This document shows, piece by piece, positions 30,116-40,034 of a DNA stretch of 64,000 bases. The position numbers and the translations under genes were made by a program. How positions within the stretch are numbered: the first letter of the stretch is position 1; every line of letters begins with the position of its first letter. Under the pieces are notes generated by a model, which saw nothing but the letters and a program-made list of their open reading frames with translations, was not told where the DNA came from and searched no databases. Source of the DNA: Candidatus Hydrogenedentota bacterium (GTDB taxonomy: Bacteria; Hydrogenedentota; Hydrogenedentia; Hydrogenedentales; SLHB01); the NCBI GenBank assembly GCA_045863295.1, contig BTWA01000008.1, positions 1 to 64,000 on the forward strand. The letters run 5' to 3'.

Positions 30116-31102
30116 ATGACTCGACCGAAATTGTTGGTGGCGTCGGCCTTGATTATGACGCTGGCTTTTTCCACAGCGGCCCACGCCGCCTGGGTCTGGG
30201 AACCCGGCACCGGCCGTCTGGTCAACCCCAAGAGACTCCCCAAGGAAACCCCCGAACTGCAGGTTGAATACGCACGAAGCCTGATGGTCCAGGGAAAATA
30301 CAAAGAGGCCATCGACGAGACCAATAAGTTCAAGGATTTCTACGGCGATTCCGAATTCGCCGACGAGAATCAGTTCCTCCGCGGCGAAATCCGTATGGCC
30401 CAGGAAAAATACCTGGATGCCGCCAAGGAATTTCAGCAGGTGGTGGCCGTATATCCCAGCACGAACCTGTTCGACCAGGTGATCGCCAAACAGTACGAAA
30501 TCGCCGACCTGTTCTACGATACCGGCGTGCAAAACCAAAGCAAGTCGTTTTGGCACATTTTCAAAAAGCGGCCGTTCCGGCGCGCCATCGAAGTCTACAC
30601 GATGGTCATCGACAATCAACCCTTCACCGATTCCGCGGCGGAAGCGCAGTATAAATTGGGCCTTTGTCATCACACGCTTGAAGAGTATGTCGAGGCCGCC
30701 TTTGAATACCGGCGCGTTATTGAAGACTACGGCATGTCGGAATGGGTGGATGACGCCAGCTACGGTCTGTGCAAATGCTACTACGACGGATCGCTGCCGG
30801 CCTTGTATGACCAGACCCCGAGCCAACTTGCCGTAGCCGCCATCGACGATTTCAACAGCCGCTTCCCCAATGACAGCCGCGTCGGCGAATTGACGGCTAT
30901 GCGCCAGGAAATGTACGAGCGCGTGGCCGAACAAAGGCTCCTCACGGCAAAATTCTACGAGAAACGCCGCAAGTTCGAATCGGCCGCCATCTACTATGAA
31001 GTCGTTGTCGATCAATTCCCCGGCACCGTCGCCGCGCAGGAAGCTTCGGCCTGGTTGAGTGAGCACGGCCACAGCAGCCGATACGAAGAATCCAATGCGT
31101 AA
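30116..31102 (+). CDS. bamD: Outer-membrane assembly factor BamD-like TPR protein
   Basis: Signal peptide, TPR helices, YDQT....A...F..RFP and AKFYEKR..SAAIYY C-terminal pattern. Confidence 0.75.
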   Translation: MTRPKLLVASALIMTLAFSTAAHAAWVWEPGTGRLVNPKRLPKETPELQVEYARSLMVQGKYKEAIDETNKFKDFYGDSEFADENQFLRGEIRMAQEKYLDAAKEFQQVVAVYPSTNLFDQVIAKQYEIADLFYDTGVQNQSKSFWHIFKKRPFRRAIEVYTMVIDNQPFTDSAAEAQYKLGLCHHTLEEYVEAAFEYRRVIEDYGMSEWVDDASYGLCKCYYDGSLPALYDQTPSQLAVAAIDDFNSRFPNDSRVGELTAMRQEMYERVAEQRLLTAKFYEKRRKFESAAIYYEVVVDQFPGTVAAQEASAWLSEHGHSSRYEESNA

Positions 31103-31661
31103 AGTTTGTCTGGCAGGTATAGCCGCTGTCTGCGCAATCTCGTTTTTGAACGGCTGTGGATACAGCACAAAAAGTACGCTGGATCCGAAGTTCCAGACGA
31201 TCCACGTGGCGCCGTTTCAGAATGCCAGCCGCGAGTACGACTTGCAGGCGCCCCTGACCAACGCCGTGACGCGCAAGTTCATACACGACGGTCGCCTGAA
31301 GGTGGTGCCACGGGAACAGGCCGACCTTGTAATGGAAGGCGTCATTCTCGACTACCAATTGAAAGGCATCACCTACGATCAGGACGATCGAGTAACGCAG
31401 TTTCTCATGGTCGTCATCGCGGGCGTCCGCGTGACCGATTCCGCCACAGGCGACGTCGTATGGCAATCGGATCGCATGGCCGGCGAAACCAGTTACTACA
31501 CACGCGCCGCTGGCCAGTCCTCCGATCGCCTGCGTGGTAATGCGGAAGTATTTCTTCCGTCCGTACGCTCGTTCTCTTCGGAAGAAGAAAACCGCGGCGC
31601 CTCGGAAGCCCTGGAACAATTAGCGTCGGACATCTTCTACCGCACCATCGAGCCTTGGTAA
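31095..31661 (+). CDS. lptE: LPS-assembly lipoprotein LptE
   Basis: Lipobox LNG-C-GY, TIHVAPFQN, ADLVMEGVI; lies upstream of holA. Confidence 0.8.
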   Translation: MRKVCLAGIAAVCAISFLNGCGYSTKSTLDPKFQTIHVAPFQNASREYDLQAPLTNAVTRKFIHDGRLKVVPREQADLVMEGVILDYQLKGITYDQDDRVTQFLMVVIAGVRVTDSATGDVVWQSDRMAGETSYYTRAAGQSSDRLRGNAEVFLPSVRSFSSEEENRGASEALEQLASDIFYRTIEPW

Positions 31662-31694
31662 TGCCCCGGCTCGGACATCCGGGATGACGGTACC

Positions 31695-32711
31695 GTGCTT
31701 GTTCAGGAACTGTTGAAACACATTGACACGCTCGACCCGGCGCCGCTGTATTTCTTCTGCCCCGCCAAGACTACGAAGCAGGGCGTATCCAACTACGAAC
31801 CGCTTTTGGCGCAGCAGGCCGTGACCCGACTCGCGGACCGCTTGATCGACCCTTCCCTGCGCGATTTTGCCTACTCCGCCTTTTACGCCGATGAAACAGA
31901 GACCGGCGAAATCGTTCAGACCGCACTGACCGTACCCTTTCTCGCGGAGCGCCGCGTGGTGGTCGTCCATGGCGCCGAGCGCTACGAAAGCGAATCGGCG
32001 GGCGCGGCAATCCTCGAATACATACAGGCGCCGTGCGAATCCACCGTCATGCTGCTGGTCGCCTCGCGCGTCGACCGCCGCCTCAAGCTCTACAAGGCCT
32101 GCGAGAAAGCCGGTGCCGTGGTGGAGTGCCCGGAGTTGACCCGACCCGAGGCCGGCGCATGGGCCAAATCGGCCATCCGGGAACGCCACAAAGACATTGA
32201 TTCGGCGGCATTGGAAAGCCTGATTGATCGCACCGGAACCCACATGGGCGAGATCAAGAATGCCGTAGAATTGGTCTGCAACTATGTGGGTTCCGAAACG
32301 CGTATTCGCGCGGAGGATGTGCAGGCGGCGTGTGCCGACGTGACCGAGGAAGAAGTGTGGACAATGACCGATGCCATCGCCAGTTCCAATACGACGACGG
32401 CCGTCGCCGCATTGCGATCTATTCTGGATACGGGCGCTTCGGAATTTGAAGTCATGGGCACGATCAACTGGCTCCTGAAGTCAGCGTGGGCTTCGGGATT
32501 CGGGCAGGGCAACGTATCGCCGTACGTCGCCAAAAAAACGAAACCGCTCGCGGACAAACTCGGGCGCGCGAAATTGATTCAGGCGTTTTCCCTGCTCATG
32601 GAAGCGGAGATTATGTTACGGTCCACAGGAGTCAATCGGGCGTTGGCTCTGGAAATGCTGGTCATCAAGCTGGCCGCGCCTCGAAAGATGCCGGGCCGGG
32701 CTGCCGGATAA
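31695..32711 (+). CDS. holA: DNA polymerase III delta subunit
   Basis: PLYFF, T.PFLAERRVVVV, DRRLKLYK, C-terminal LEMLVIKL. Confidence 0.88.
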   Translation: MLVQELLKHIDTLDPAPLYFFCPAKTTKQGVSNYEPLLAQQAVTRLADRLIDPSLRDFAYSAFYADETETGEIVQTALTVPFLAERRVVVVHGAERYESESAGAAILEYIQAPCESTVMLLVASRVDRRLKLYKACEKAGAVVECPELTRPEAGAWAKSAIRERHKDIDSAALESLIDRTGTHMGEIKNAVELVCNYVGSETRIRAEDVQAACADVTEEEVWTMTDAIASSNTTTAVAALRSILDTGASEFEVMGTINWLLKSAWASGFGQGNVSPYVAKKTKPLADKLGRAKLIQAFSLLMEAEIMLRSTGVNRALALEMLVIKLAAPRKMPGRAAG

Positions 32712-32755
32712 CGGCGGGATACCCGCCGCTCCGGGCCGACATTGGGAATACTGTC

Positions 32756-33742
32756 ATGTCCATGATTATTCGTAGAACTCCTATGCGTGTATGGGTGGCC
32801 GCGCTCTGCGTTTGGATGTCCGTTACGGCGTGCTCGCCGTCGGCTCCGCCTGATGGCGATGCGGAAGACAGCGCGTCCAAGCCCACCGTCGCGCTGATCA
32901 TGAAGTCCCTCGCGAATGAATTCTTCAAGACCATGGAAGAAGGCGCGAAGAAACACAGCGAGGCGAATGCCGACAGCTACACGCTGATTGTGCAGGGTAT
33001 CAAGAACGAACTCGACATCGATCAGCAGATACAGTTGATCGAACAGATGATCGCCCGCAACGTCGATGCGATCGTCATCGCCCCGGCAGACTCCAAGGCC
33101 ATTGTGCCGGTCTGCAAACGGGCCATCGAAGCGGGCATCGTGGTGATCAATATCGACAACAAATTCGACGAGGCGGTCTTGAAGGAGCGCGACGTGAAAA
33201 TTCCGTTCGTGGGCCCTAACAACCGGGAAGGCGCGCGCAAGGTGGGCGAATTCCTGGCCAAGTCGCTGCAATCCGGCGATCCCGTGGCCATCGTGGAAGG
33301 CGCACCCAATGCCTTCAACGCCACGCAACGACGCCTCGGATTCGAAGACGCCATCAACGAAGCCGGCCTGACGCTGGTCACGGCGCAAACGGCAAACTGG
33401 GAAATGGATCAGGCCAATCAGGTCGTGTCCGCAATCGCCACGGAACATCCGGAGGTCAAAGCATACCTCTGCGCAAACGACAACATGGCGCTCGGGGCGG
33501 TCGCCGCACTGAAAGCGGCCAACAAGCTGGAAGCCGTCAGAGTAGTCGGCTTCGACAATATCTCCGCCGTGCAGGATCTGGTCAAGCAGGGGCAGATTCT
33601 GGCCACGGCCGATCAGCACGCCGACCAGTTGGCCGTATTCGGCATCGAACACGCGCTGGCGGTGTTGCGGTCGGGTGAAGCGTTGGACGACCGGGAAACA
33701 CCCGTGGATCTTATCACGGCCGAGTCGCTTCCCGCGCAGTAA
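32756..33742 (+). CDS. Sugar ABC transporter substrate-binding lipoprotein (RbsB family)
   Basis: Lipobox VTA-C, MKSLANEFF, APADS, CANDNMALGA, VVGFD; start uncertain (32756-32783). Confidence 0.92.
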   Translation: MSMIIRRTPMRVWVAALCVWMSVTACSPSAPPDGDAEDSASKPTVALIMKSLANEFFKTMEEGAKKHSEANADSYTLIVQGIKNELDIDQQIQLIEQMIARNVDAIVIAPADSKAIVPVCKRAIEAGIVVINIDNKFDEAVLKERDVKIPFVGPNNREGARKVGEFLAKSLQSGDPVAIVEGAPNAFNATQRRLGFEDAINEAGLTLVTAQTANWEMDQANQVVSAIATEHPEVKAYLCANDNMALGAVAALKAANKLEAVRVVGFDNISAVQDLVKQGQILATADQHADQLAVFGIEHALAVLRSGEALDDRETPVDLITAESLPAQ

Positions 33743-33781
33743 CGCGCCGCACCGAACTGAGAGATCCACGGGGGAGTAATC

Positions 33782-34735
33782 GTGTCGCGACGTGTAACGG
33801 TGATGCGCACCATACTCGACTACGCCGGCTTATTGGCGGTGCTCTTGCTGCTCGTGATCTTTTTTGCCCAAACCACCGATCATTTTTACACCCCCGTAAA
33901 TTTCATCACCATGGCCAATCAAATCCCCGTCGCCGTTCTCATTGCCACGGGAATGACGTTTGTCCTGATCACCGGCGGCATCGACCTCTCGGTCGGCTCC
34001 ATGCTCGCCCTGAGCGGGGCGGTGCTCGGCATCGCCATGGCGGACAAAGGCTACCCCTTGGCAATCGCGGTTCCGGTGGCCATCGGTGTGGGGTTGCTGT
34101 GCGGCGCTGTCAACGGCTGGATCGTCACCCATTGGCCGGTCCCTCCATTCATCGTCACGCTGGGCATGCTCGAAGCCGCGCGCGGCGCCGCCTACTACAT
34201 TTCGGACTCGCAGACGAAATACATCGGTGCCGCCATCGACCCCATAGTCGAGAACGGCGTGTTGGGATTCTCGTTTCCGTTCACCGTGGCACTCGCGACG
34301 GTAGTGGTTGCGCAAATCACCCTCTCCCACACCGCCCTGGGACGCCGCATCTTCGCCGTTGGGTCGAACGAAGAAGCCGCTCGTCTTTCCGGCTTGAACA
34401 TCAAAAACGTGAAACGCGCCGTCTATCTCATCAGCGGGTCGCTCGCCGGGCTCGCTGCCGTCATCCATTGCGCGCGAATGTCGTCCGCCGACCCCAACGC
34501 CGGAAGCGGCTACGAACTCGACGCCATCGCCGCCGTCGTCGTCGGCGGCACCAGCCTCATGGGCGGCCGCGGCTCCGTCATCGGTAGCTTCATCGGCGTC
34601 CTCATCATCGCCGTCCTCGAAAACGGCCTCGCCCAACTCGGCGCCCAAGACCCCACCAAACGCATCATCACCGGCATCGTCATCGTCCTCGCCGTCATCA
34701 TCGACTACTACCGCACCCGCCTGCGAAAGACATAA
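33782..34735 (+). CDS. Sugar ABC transporter permease (RbsC family)
   Basis: GGIDLSVGS, PPFIVTLG, GSNEEAARLSG, YELDAIAAVVVGGTSLMGG. Confidence 0.95.
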   Translation: MSRRVTVMRTILDYAGLLAVLLLLVIFFAQTTDHFYTPVNFITMANQIPVAVLIATGMTFVLITGGIDLSVGSMLALSGAVLGIAMADKGYPLAIAVPVAIGVGLLCGAVNGWIVTHWPVPPFIVTLGMLEAARGAAYYISDSQTKYIGAAIDPIVENGVLGFSFPFTVALATVVVAQITLSHTALGRRIFAVGSNEEAARLSGLNIKNVKRAVYLISGSLAGLAAVIHCARMSSADPNAGSGYELDAIAAVVVGGTSLMGGRGSVIGSFIGVLIIAVLENGLAQLGAQDPTKRIITGIVIVLAVIIDYYRTRLRKT

Positions 34736-34821
34736 GCCCTAAACGGACGCAAACCCATTTCGTCCCACAAGCCCGGCATGGAGGAAAAGCCTCCGGCAAT
34801 ATGCAACACAGTAGGGGATAC

Positions 34822-34866
34822 TTTGGACTGCGGTGGTAAAGGCGAGAGCCGTCGACACCGCTTTTG
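34822..34866. repeat. REP-like palindromic element, copy 1
   Basis: TTTGGACTGCGGTG...CACCGCTTTTG; homologous to 58400-58445. Confidence 0.65.
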
Positions 34867-34976
34867 CTCTCGAAGCCAGAAAACCGCTACGCAACAAGCT
34901 AGCCCTCACGTACCGCACAAAGCCAAACGTGCACCCCCTGCCGGTCTTGGCGGGGCTCCGTCACCCCCGCGAAGGG

Positions 34977-35030
34977 CCCGTCCCAAAAATGTGGCCCGCC
35001 TAAAAAGTGTGGCTCGTTCGAAGGTGCGTG
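34977..35030. repeat. Degenerate 18-bp tandem repeat
   Basis: cccgtcccaaaaatgtgg / cccgcctaaaaagtgtgg / ctcgttcgaaggtgcgtg. Confidence 0.4.
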
Positions 35031-35062
35031 CGGGCCAAAAAATGCGGGTAGGCGGGGTATTG

Positions 35063-35071
35063 TGCTACAAT
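35063..35071 (+). promoter_or_regulatory. Extended -10 promoter for mnmG
   Basis: TGcTACAAT 45 bp upstream of ATG 35117. Confidence 0.45.
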
Positions 35072-35116
35072 TTAGGCGATTCTGTCCTAGGCTGGCCTTT
35101 TTTTCGAGAATTTCCA

Positions 35117-36994
35117 ATGCAACGCGATTACGACATCATTGTGGTAGGTGCCGGCCATGCCGGCATTGAGGCGGCCCTCGTGTGCGCGCGATCGGGCCTG
35201 CGCACCGCCATGACCACAATGGACGTCAACACCATCGGCAAAATGAGCTGCAACCCGGCCATCGGCGGCATTGCCAAGGGGCAGGTGGTGCGCGAGATCG
35301 ACGCCCTCGGCGGCGAGATGGCGCGTTGCACGGATCGCACGGGCATTCAGTTCAAGATGCTGAACCGGTCGAAGGGCCCCGCGGTGCATTCGCCGCGGGC
35401 GCAATCAGACCGGCATTGGTATCAGCGGGACATGCAACGGGTCTGCGAATCGCAGGAAAACCTGGCGCTCATTCCCGCGCTGATCGACGATTTCGTGGTG
35501 CGGCAGGACGCCATTGCCGGGGTCATCACCTCCGAGGGCGTGGAAATTTCGGCCCGCGCGGTCATCGTGTGCACGGGCACGTTTCTCGGCGGCAAGCTGC
35601 ACTACGGCATGGAGGATGTGCCCGGCGGGCGCGCGGGAGAAATTCCCGCGCAACGGCTGTCGGATACGTACAAGCGCATCGGCTTTCAGATCAACCGGCA
35701 GAAGACCGGGACCTGCCCTCGCTTGCGAAAGGATACGCTGGATTACGACGCGATGCAGATTCAGCCAGGCGACAATCCGCCTCGGCCGTTTTCCTTTTCC
35801 ACGCCGATGGACACGTTCAATCCGCCGAACGAACCGTGCTGGCTCACCTATACGAACGAGGCCACGCACGACATCATCAAGGCGAACCTCGACCGATCCC
35901 CCATGTTCACCGGCAAGATCGGCGCAACAGGCACGCGCTACTGTCCAAGCATCGAGGACAAGTGCTTCCGCTTCGCGGACAAGGACAGCCACCGCATCTT
36001 CGTGGAACCCGAAGGCCTCGACTCCGACGAGATGTACATCAACGGACTTTCTACAAGTCTTCCAGTCGACGTGCAAGCGGCGATGTTGAAGACAATTCCG
36101 GGCTTGGAGGATGCGGAAATCGTGCGCCCCGGCTATGCCGTCGAATACGATTTCGTGCAGCCCACGGAACTGAAGCCCACGCTGGAAACCAAGCGCGTAC
36201 ACGGCCTGTTTCATGCCGGGCAAATCAACGGTACTTCCGGGTATGAGGAGGCCGGCGGCCAGGGTCTCTATGCCGGTCTGAACGCCATCCGCTACATCCG
36301 AAAGGAAGATCCGCTGATAATTTCGCGCAGCGAAGCGTATATCGGCGTCATGGTGGATGACCTCGTGACGCGCGGCGTGATGGAACCGTACCGCCTCTTT
36401 ACCTCGCGCGCGGAATACCGGTTGCTCTTGCGTCACGAGAACGCCGATCAGCGCCTCGCCCACCACGGCATCGCGGGCGACGCGTTCATCGATCGCGTGC
36501 GCGCAAAACAAAACACGATCAGCGGCGAGATTCTCCGGCTCAAGAGCGTAATGATTACGCCAAGCGACGCGGTGAACACCGATCTCGTCGCCATGGGCTT
36601 CACGCCCATGACCACCGCGCAACCTGCCGCGCAGGTGCTCTGTCGCCCGGAGATGAGCATCGCCGATCTCTGGCGGATTTGTCCGCCGCCCGCCCCAATC
36701 GGGTTTGAGGCCGCGGAGCAAATTGAAATCGAATTGAAATACGAGGGGTACATCCAACGGCAGGAACGCGATCTGGCCAAGTTTCACGCCGCCGAGTCCA
36801 AGCCTATTCCCGAAGCGTTCGACTACCACGCAGTACACGGTCTTCCACGCGAAAGCCGCGAACGCCTTCATCAAATCCAACCCATCAATTTCGGCCAGGC
36901 CGCCCGCATCCCCGGCGTGCGCCCGTGCGACGTCGCCACACTGCATATCGCAGTCGAGAAATGGAATCGGTCCTTGGGCAAACAGTCGGCGTAA
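35117..36994 (+). CDS. mnmG: tRNA uridine 5-carboxymethylaminomethyl modification enzyme MnmG/GidA
   Basis: [57 protein letters not shown]. Confidence 0.98.
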   Translation: MQRDYDIIVVGAGHAGIEAALVCARSGLRTAMTTMDVNTIGKMSCNPAIGGIAKGQVVREIDALGGEMARCTDRTGIQFKMLNRSKGPAVHSPRAQSDRHWYQRDMQRVCESQENLALIPALIDDFVVRQDAIAGVITSEGVEISARAVIVCTGTFLGGKLHYGMEDVPGGRAGEIPAQRLSDTYKRIGFQINRQKTGTCPRLRKDTLDYDAMQIQPGDNPPRPFSFSTPMDTFNPPNEPCWLTYTNEATHDIIKANLDRSPMFTGKIGATGTRYCPSIEDKCFRFADKDSHRIFVEPEGLDSDEMYINGLSTSLPVDVQAAMLKTIPGLEDAEIVRPGYAVEYDFVQPTELKPTLETKRVHGLFHAGQINGTSGYEEAGGQGLYAGLNAIRYIRKEDPLIISRSEAYIGVMVDDLVTRGVMEPYRLFTSRAEYRLLLRHENADQRLAHHGIAGDAFIDRVRAKQNTISGEILRLKSVMITPSDAVNTDLVAMGFTPMTTAQPAAQVLCRPEMSIADLWRICPPPAPIGFEAAEQIEIELKYEGYIQRQERDLAKFHAAESKPIPEAFDYHAVHGLPRESRERLHQIQPINFGQAARIPGVRPCDVATLHIAVEKWNRSLGKQSA

Positions 36995-37144
36995 GAAAAA
37001 GGCTCAGGCGTTGAAGAGGGAAGTTCCGCTTACCGGCAATCTTGAATCACGCTTTTGGGGGGATGGATAGGAATAGACCAACACAATCGCTTATTCTAAT
37101 GATCCGTGAGAACGTTTACCGTTTCGTTGTTGAGGGGAGAACCC

Positions 37145-38533
37145 ATGAGCTTCATTTCACGCCGGAATTTCATCAAATCATCGGCATTCCTGATTGCGGC
37201 TGCGCAAGCGAAGGCCGCCCAGCCTGCGTCGGCGGGCGGTTTCAAGGCGGGCGTGGCCGTTCGCGATATCACTCCGCACCCGGGCATTCCCATGTGGGGA
37301 TACACGGATCGTGGGGGACCATCCGAGGGCACGCTCGATCCGTTGCACGCCAGGGCGATCGTATTTGAGGTGGAGGAACAGCGCATCGCGTTGGTGTCCA
37401 TGGATACGGGGCGCGTGCCGGTGCCCGATCGCCTGAACCGCATTCGCGAACGCGTGAAGGCGGCCGGTGTCGATCAAGTGGTCTTTGTGGCCACGCATAC
37501 GCACGGCGCACCGGTCATGGAGATCGATTCGCTCCCCCATTTGCCCGCCATGGAGACGGCCTTCGGCGAGTTGATCGAGGAAGCCGCGGGCCGAATCGCA
37601 CCGGTGCAAATCGGCGTGGGCAAGGCCGTGTTCGACATCTCGCACAACCGCCGCAAGATCACGGAAGACGGCAAGTGCGTCATGGTCTGGCGCAACGAAG
37701 AGCGCATTCCCCTTGGTCCCGTCGATCACGAGGCGGTCATCATCAAGATTGAGTCCGAAGACGGCAAACCGCTGGCCGCGCTGGTGCATAATGCCTGTCA
37801 CCCAGTTGTCCTCGCAGGGGACAACCTTCGCTACACGGCGGACTGGCCGGGTGAAATGGCGCGAATCGTGAAAGAGGCATGGGGCGGCGAGTGCATCTTT
37901 ATTCAGGGTGGTTGCGGCAACATCAATCCCTATTTGGACAAGACGCCCATTGCGGAGAGTGGCGTTGAAGCCATGCGCGGCGTGGGTCAGACGTGCGCGT
38001 AAGCGGCGCTCACTGCACTGGCCAATATCAAGACGGCCGTGCCCTCCGCTCCGTCGATCGCATACGCGCACAAAAACATCACGGTCGGCGCGCGCTGGGA
38101 TTTTCAAGACCCTGAACAGCAAAAGGTATTCCTGGAAATCTACGGGGATTTGTTCCGTCCGTACATCAGCGTTTTGACGCCGGATCTGGCGGTGCCCATG
38201 AGCACATTGCTGCTGAACGGTGAAATCGCGATGGTGTTCATGCCCGGCGAGTTCTTCATCCAGCACCAGTTGGAGCTGAAGTCGGATTCGCCGTTGAAGG
38301 GCACGCTGCTTTGCGGATACGCCGACGATTTTCACCTGTACTTCCCCACCATTCGCGATGCCGCGGCCGGCGGGTACGGCGGCGTGGCGGCAACGTATGT
38401 GGGCGTAGGCGCGGCGGAAAAAATGGTCATGGAGGCCCACGTGCAAATCGGCAAGCTGGCGGGACTCCTGCGCGACTTCTGCCGCCTGGAAGATTTTCAG
38501 TTGCTGGAGGCGAAGGCCACCGAGTTCGCGTGA
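37145..38533 (+). pseudogene. Tat-exported neutral/alkaline ceramidase-family hydrolase interrupted by in-frame TAA at 38000-38002
   Basis: Tat motif SRRNFIK; DITP..G.PMWGY, DPLHARA, ATHTHGAP, HNACHP, QGGCGNINP; the in-frame C-terminal part has PGEFF..HQ and GYADD...YFPT....A.GGYG. Confidence 0.85.
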
Positions 38534-38553
38534 AGCCGGGACAAGTCCGGCCG

Positions 38554-39858
38554 CTAGGGCTGGGGCATCAACCGGACAAAGTAGAGGGATCCCACATACT
38601 CGACGCCCAGTTTGACCGGCGATAAAAACGCAATCGCGGGTTCCCCTTCGGCCAACGTCAGTCCAATCCATGATTCGACTGCTTTTTCCGTGTGGGCCAC
38701 GAACTCGGTATCGGTTGGCTTTCGTCCAGCCCGGTGGTCGAAATTGCGCAGGCTGTTCTCTTGCGGAAACCCTATACGAGTCACGCCGTCGGGAGTCAGC
38801 CATTGCACGGAATACAGCCCGGAGTTTTCATTGTAGTATTCCCTCAGCAGGTCCAGCATCGCGGGTTCGTTGGAACGCGACATGCATCCCACAACCTCGG
38901 AACGCTTGGAGAACGCACGAAGCGTATCCCGGCATTGCATGAGTTCGAGATCGGTAAAGGACCGGCGGACCGCCGCCGGATCGCCGGTCAAGACCTGCAC
39001 AAGGCCGATGCGCCACTCGGTCCCGTGGAGCGATACGGTGGTCCAATAGGCGCGCTTGGTTACCGTCTCATCGGATCCGGTGCGGTAGAATTCGTAGGTA
39101 CCGTTGCCGGACTGTGAGCGTAGCACTTGGCGCGTGAAGCGCCGGAGATCGGGAAAGGGATCGTAGAGCGGATCAGTCACGATGTTTCGGCCGACCTCTT
39201 CTTCATCGGGATCGTACAAGGTGAGCCCATCGGTCTGCACGACCCAACTGTCCAGAGGCAACCCCTGCAACCGCGGTTCAACGATGGCGCCGAGAAACGG
39301 AGCCGGTTGCATCAAGACGCTGACCGACCCAAGAAACGAACCGTCCGCACCAATCACCGGCCATTCGAGATCGACGCTGGCCATGCCCTCGATGGCCGTA
39401 AACACCTGACTCAATACGGGACCCTTGCTCTTTCGCACGAGCTTGACCTGTTCCTGATCGCTGATGTCGGCGCCTTCCAGTTGCCGGTACGTTTGCGGCT
39501 CGACGGCCATCATGCGGCCTTCGGCATTAATGGTGGAGCAATCCACGACGTACGGCCTTCCATCGCAAAGCCGGCGCAAAATCTCACGGGTCTCGGGGCT
39601 GTCCAAACCATGGACGGCAATTTGTTTGGAGGCATCGAACAAGGCCTGGTCTATATCGTCGAGCTTGCCTTGAATTTCGGCTTTCAAGGAAAGGAGTGTC
39701 TGAGGGTAGTCGTTCACTTCGGAATCGGAAAAGGGCTCTCGCGTCTGACAAGAGAGGCCCAGGATCGCAACAACCAAGGCGGCCACAGAGCCGGCGCGGC
39801 CCACGCGGGAGCTGATGCTCTCCCGGACCCCATTCGGCCCACACCCAATCAGCCGCAT
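38554..39858 (-). CDS. Stand-alone Cache-domain lipoprotein
   Basis: Lipobox LGLS-C; Cache-like segments G.DISDQEQV, PVLSQVF.AIEG, FLGSVSV, DGLTLYDPD.EEVGRN; no TM or output domain. Confidence 0.7.
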   Translation of the reverse strand: MRLIGCGPNGVRESISSRVGRAGSVAALVVAILGLSCQTREPFSDSEVNDYPQTLLSLKAEIQGKLDDIDQALFDASKQIAVHGLDSPETREILRRLCDGRPYVVDCSTINAEGRMMAVEPQTYRQLEGADISDQEQVKLVRKSKGPVLSQVFTAIEGMASVDLEWPVIGADGSFLGSVSVLMQPAPFLGAIVEPRLQGLPLDSWVVQTDGLTLYDPDEEEVGRNIVTDPLYDPFPDLRRFTRQVLRSQSGNGTYEFYRTGSDETVTKRAYWTTVSLHGTEWRIGLVQVLTGDPAAVRRSFTDLELMQCRDTLRAFSKRSEVVGCMSRSNEPAMLDLLREYYNENSGLYSVQWLTPDGVTRIGFPQENSLRNFDHRAGRKPTDTEFVAHTEKAVESWIGLTLAEGEPAIAFLSPVKLGVEYVGSLYFVRLMPQP

Positions 39859-40034
39859 GCCTTTCCCCCTCAATAAGGGCAAGACGCATGGCGCAAGCCC
39901 GTGCAATTCATGGAAAGTATGGCGTCCCAATGCCAGCGGACCGATCAATAGGGTCCTGCATCTGGATTGTATAGAGCGTGCCCCGGACAGGGCAAGCCCG
40001 CGGTGGGGGTTCGCCGTCCGAACGGCGATCGGAA

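Noticed and set aside
34977..35030. CRISPR array
   Set aside because: Units are degenerate adjacent 18-mers with no spacers, and no cas genes are in the window
34736..35116. Possible oriC next to mnmG (gidA often flanks the origin); TGTGG-containing repeats
   Set aside because: No TTATCCACA-like DnaA boxes and no AT-rich unwinding element; the TGTGG copies are not followed by ATAA
28600..38002. Alternative genetic code (TAG/TAA reassigned)
   Set aside because: Conserved genes end correctly at TAG (nadX, obgE, malQ), TAA (rplU, rpmA, mnmG) and TGA (argC, argJ); only two isolated internal stops are seen
35405..38803. Long antisense ORFs (35405..36946 and 37178..38803; similar ones at 41627..42964, 32579..33769, 21905..23299)
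   Set aside because: Shadow frames of well-supported genes in GC-rich DNA; no recognisable motifs
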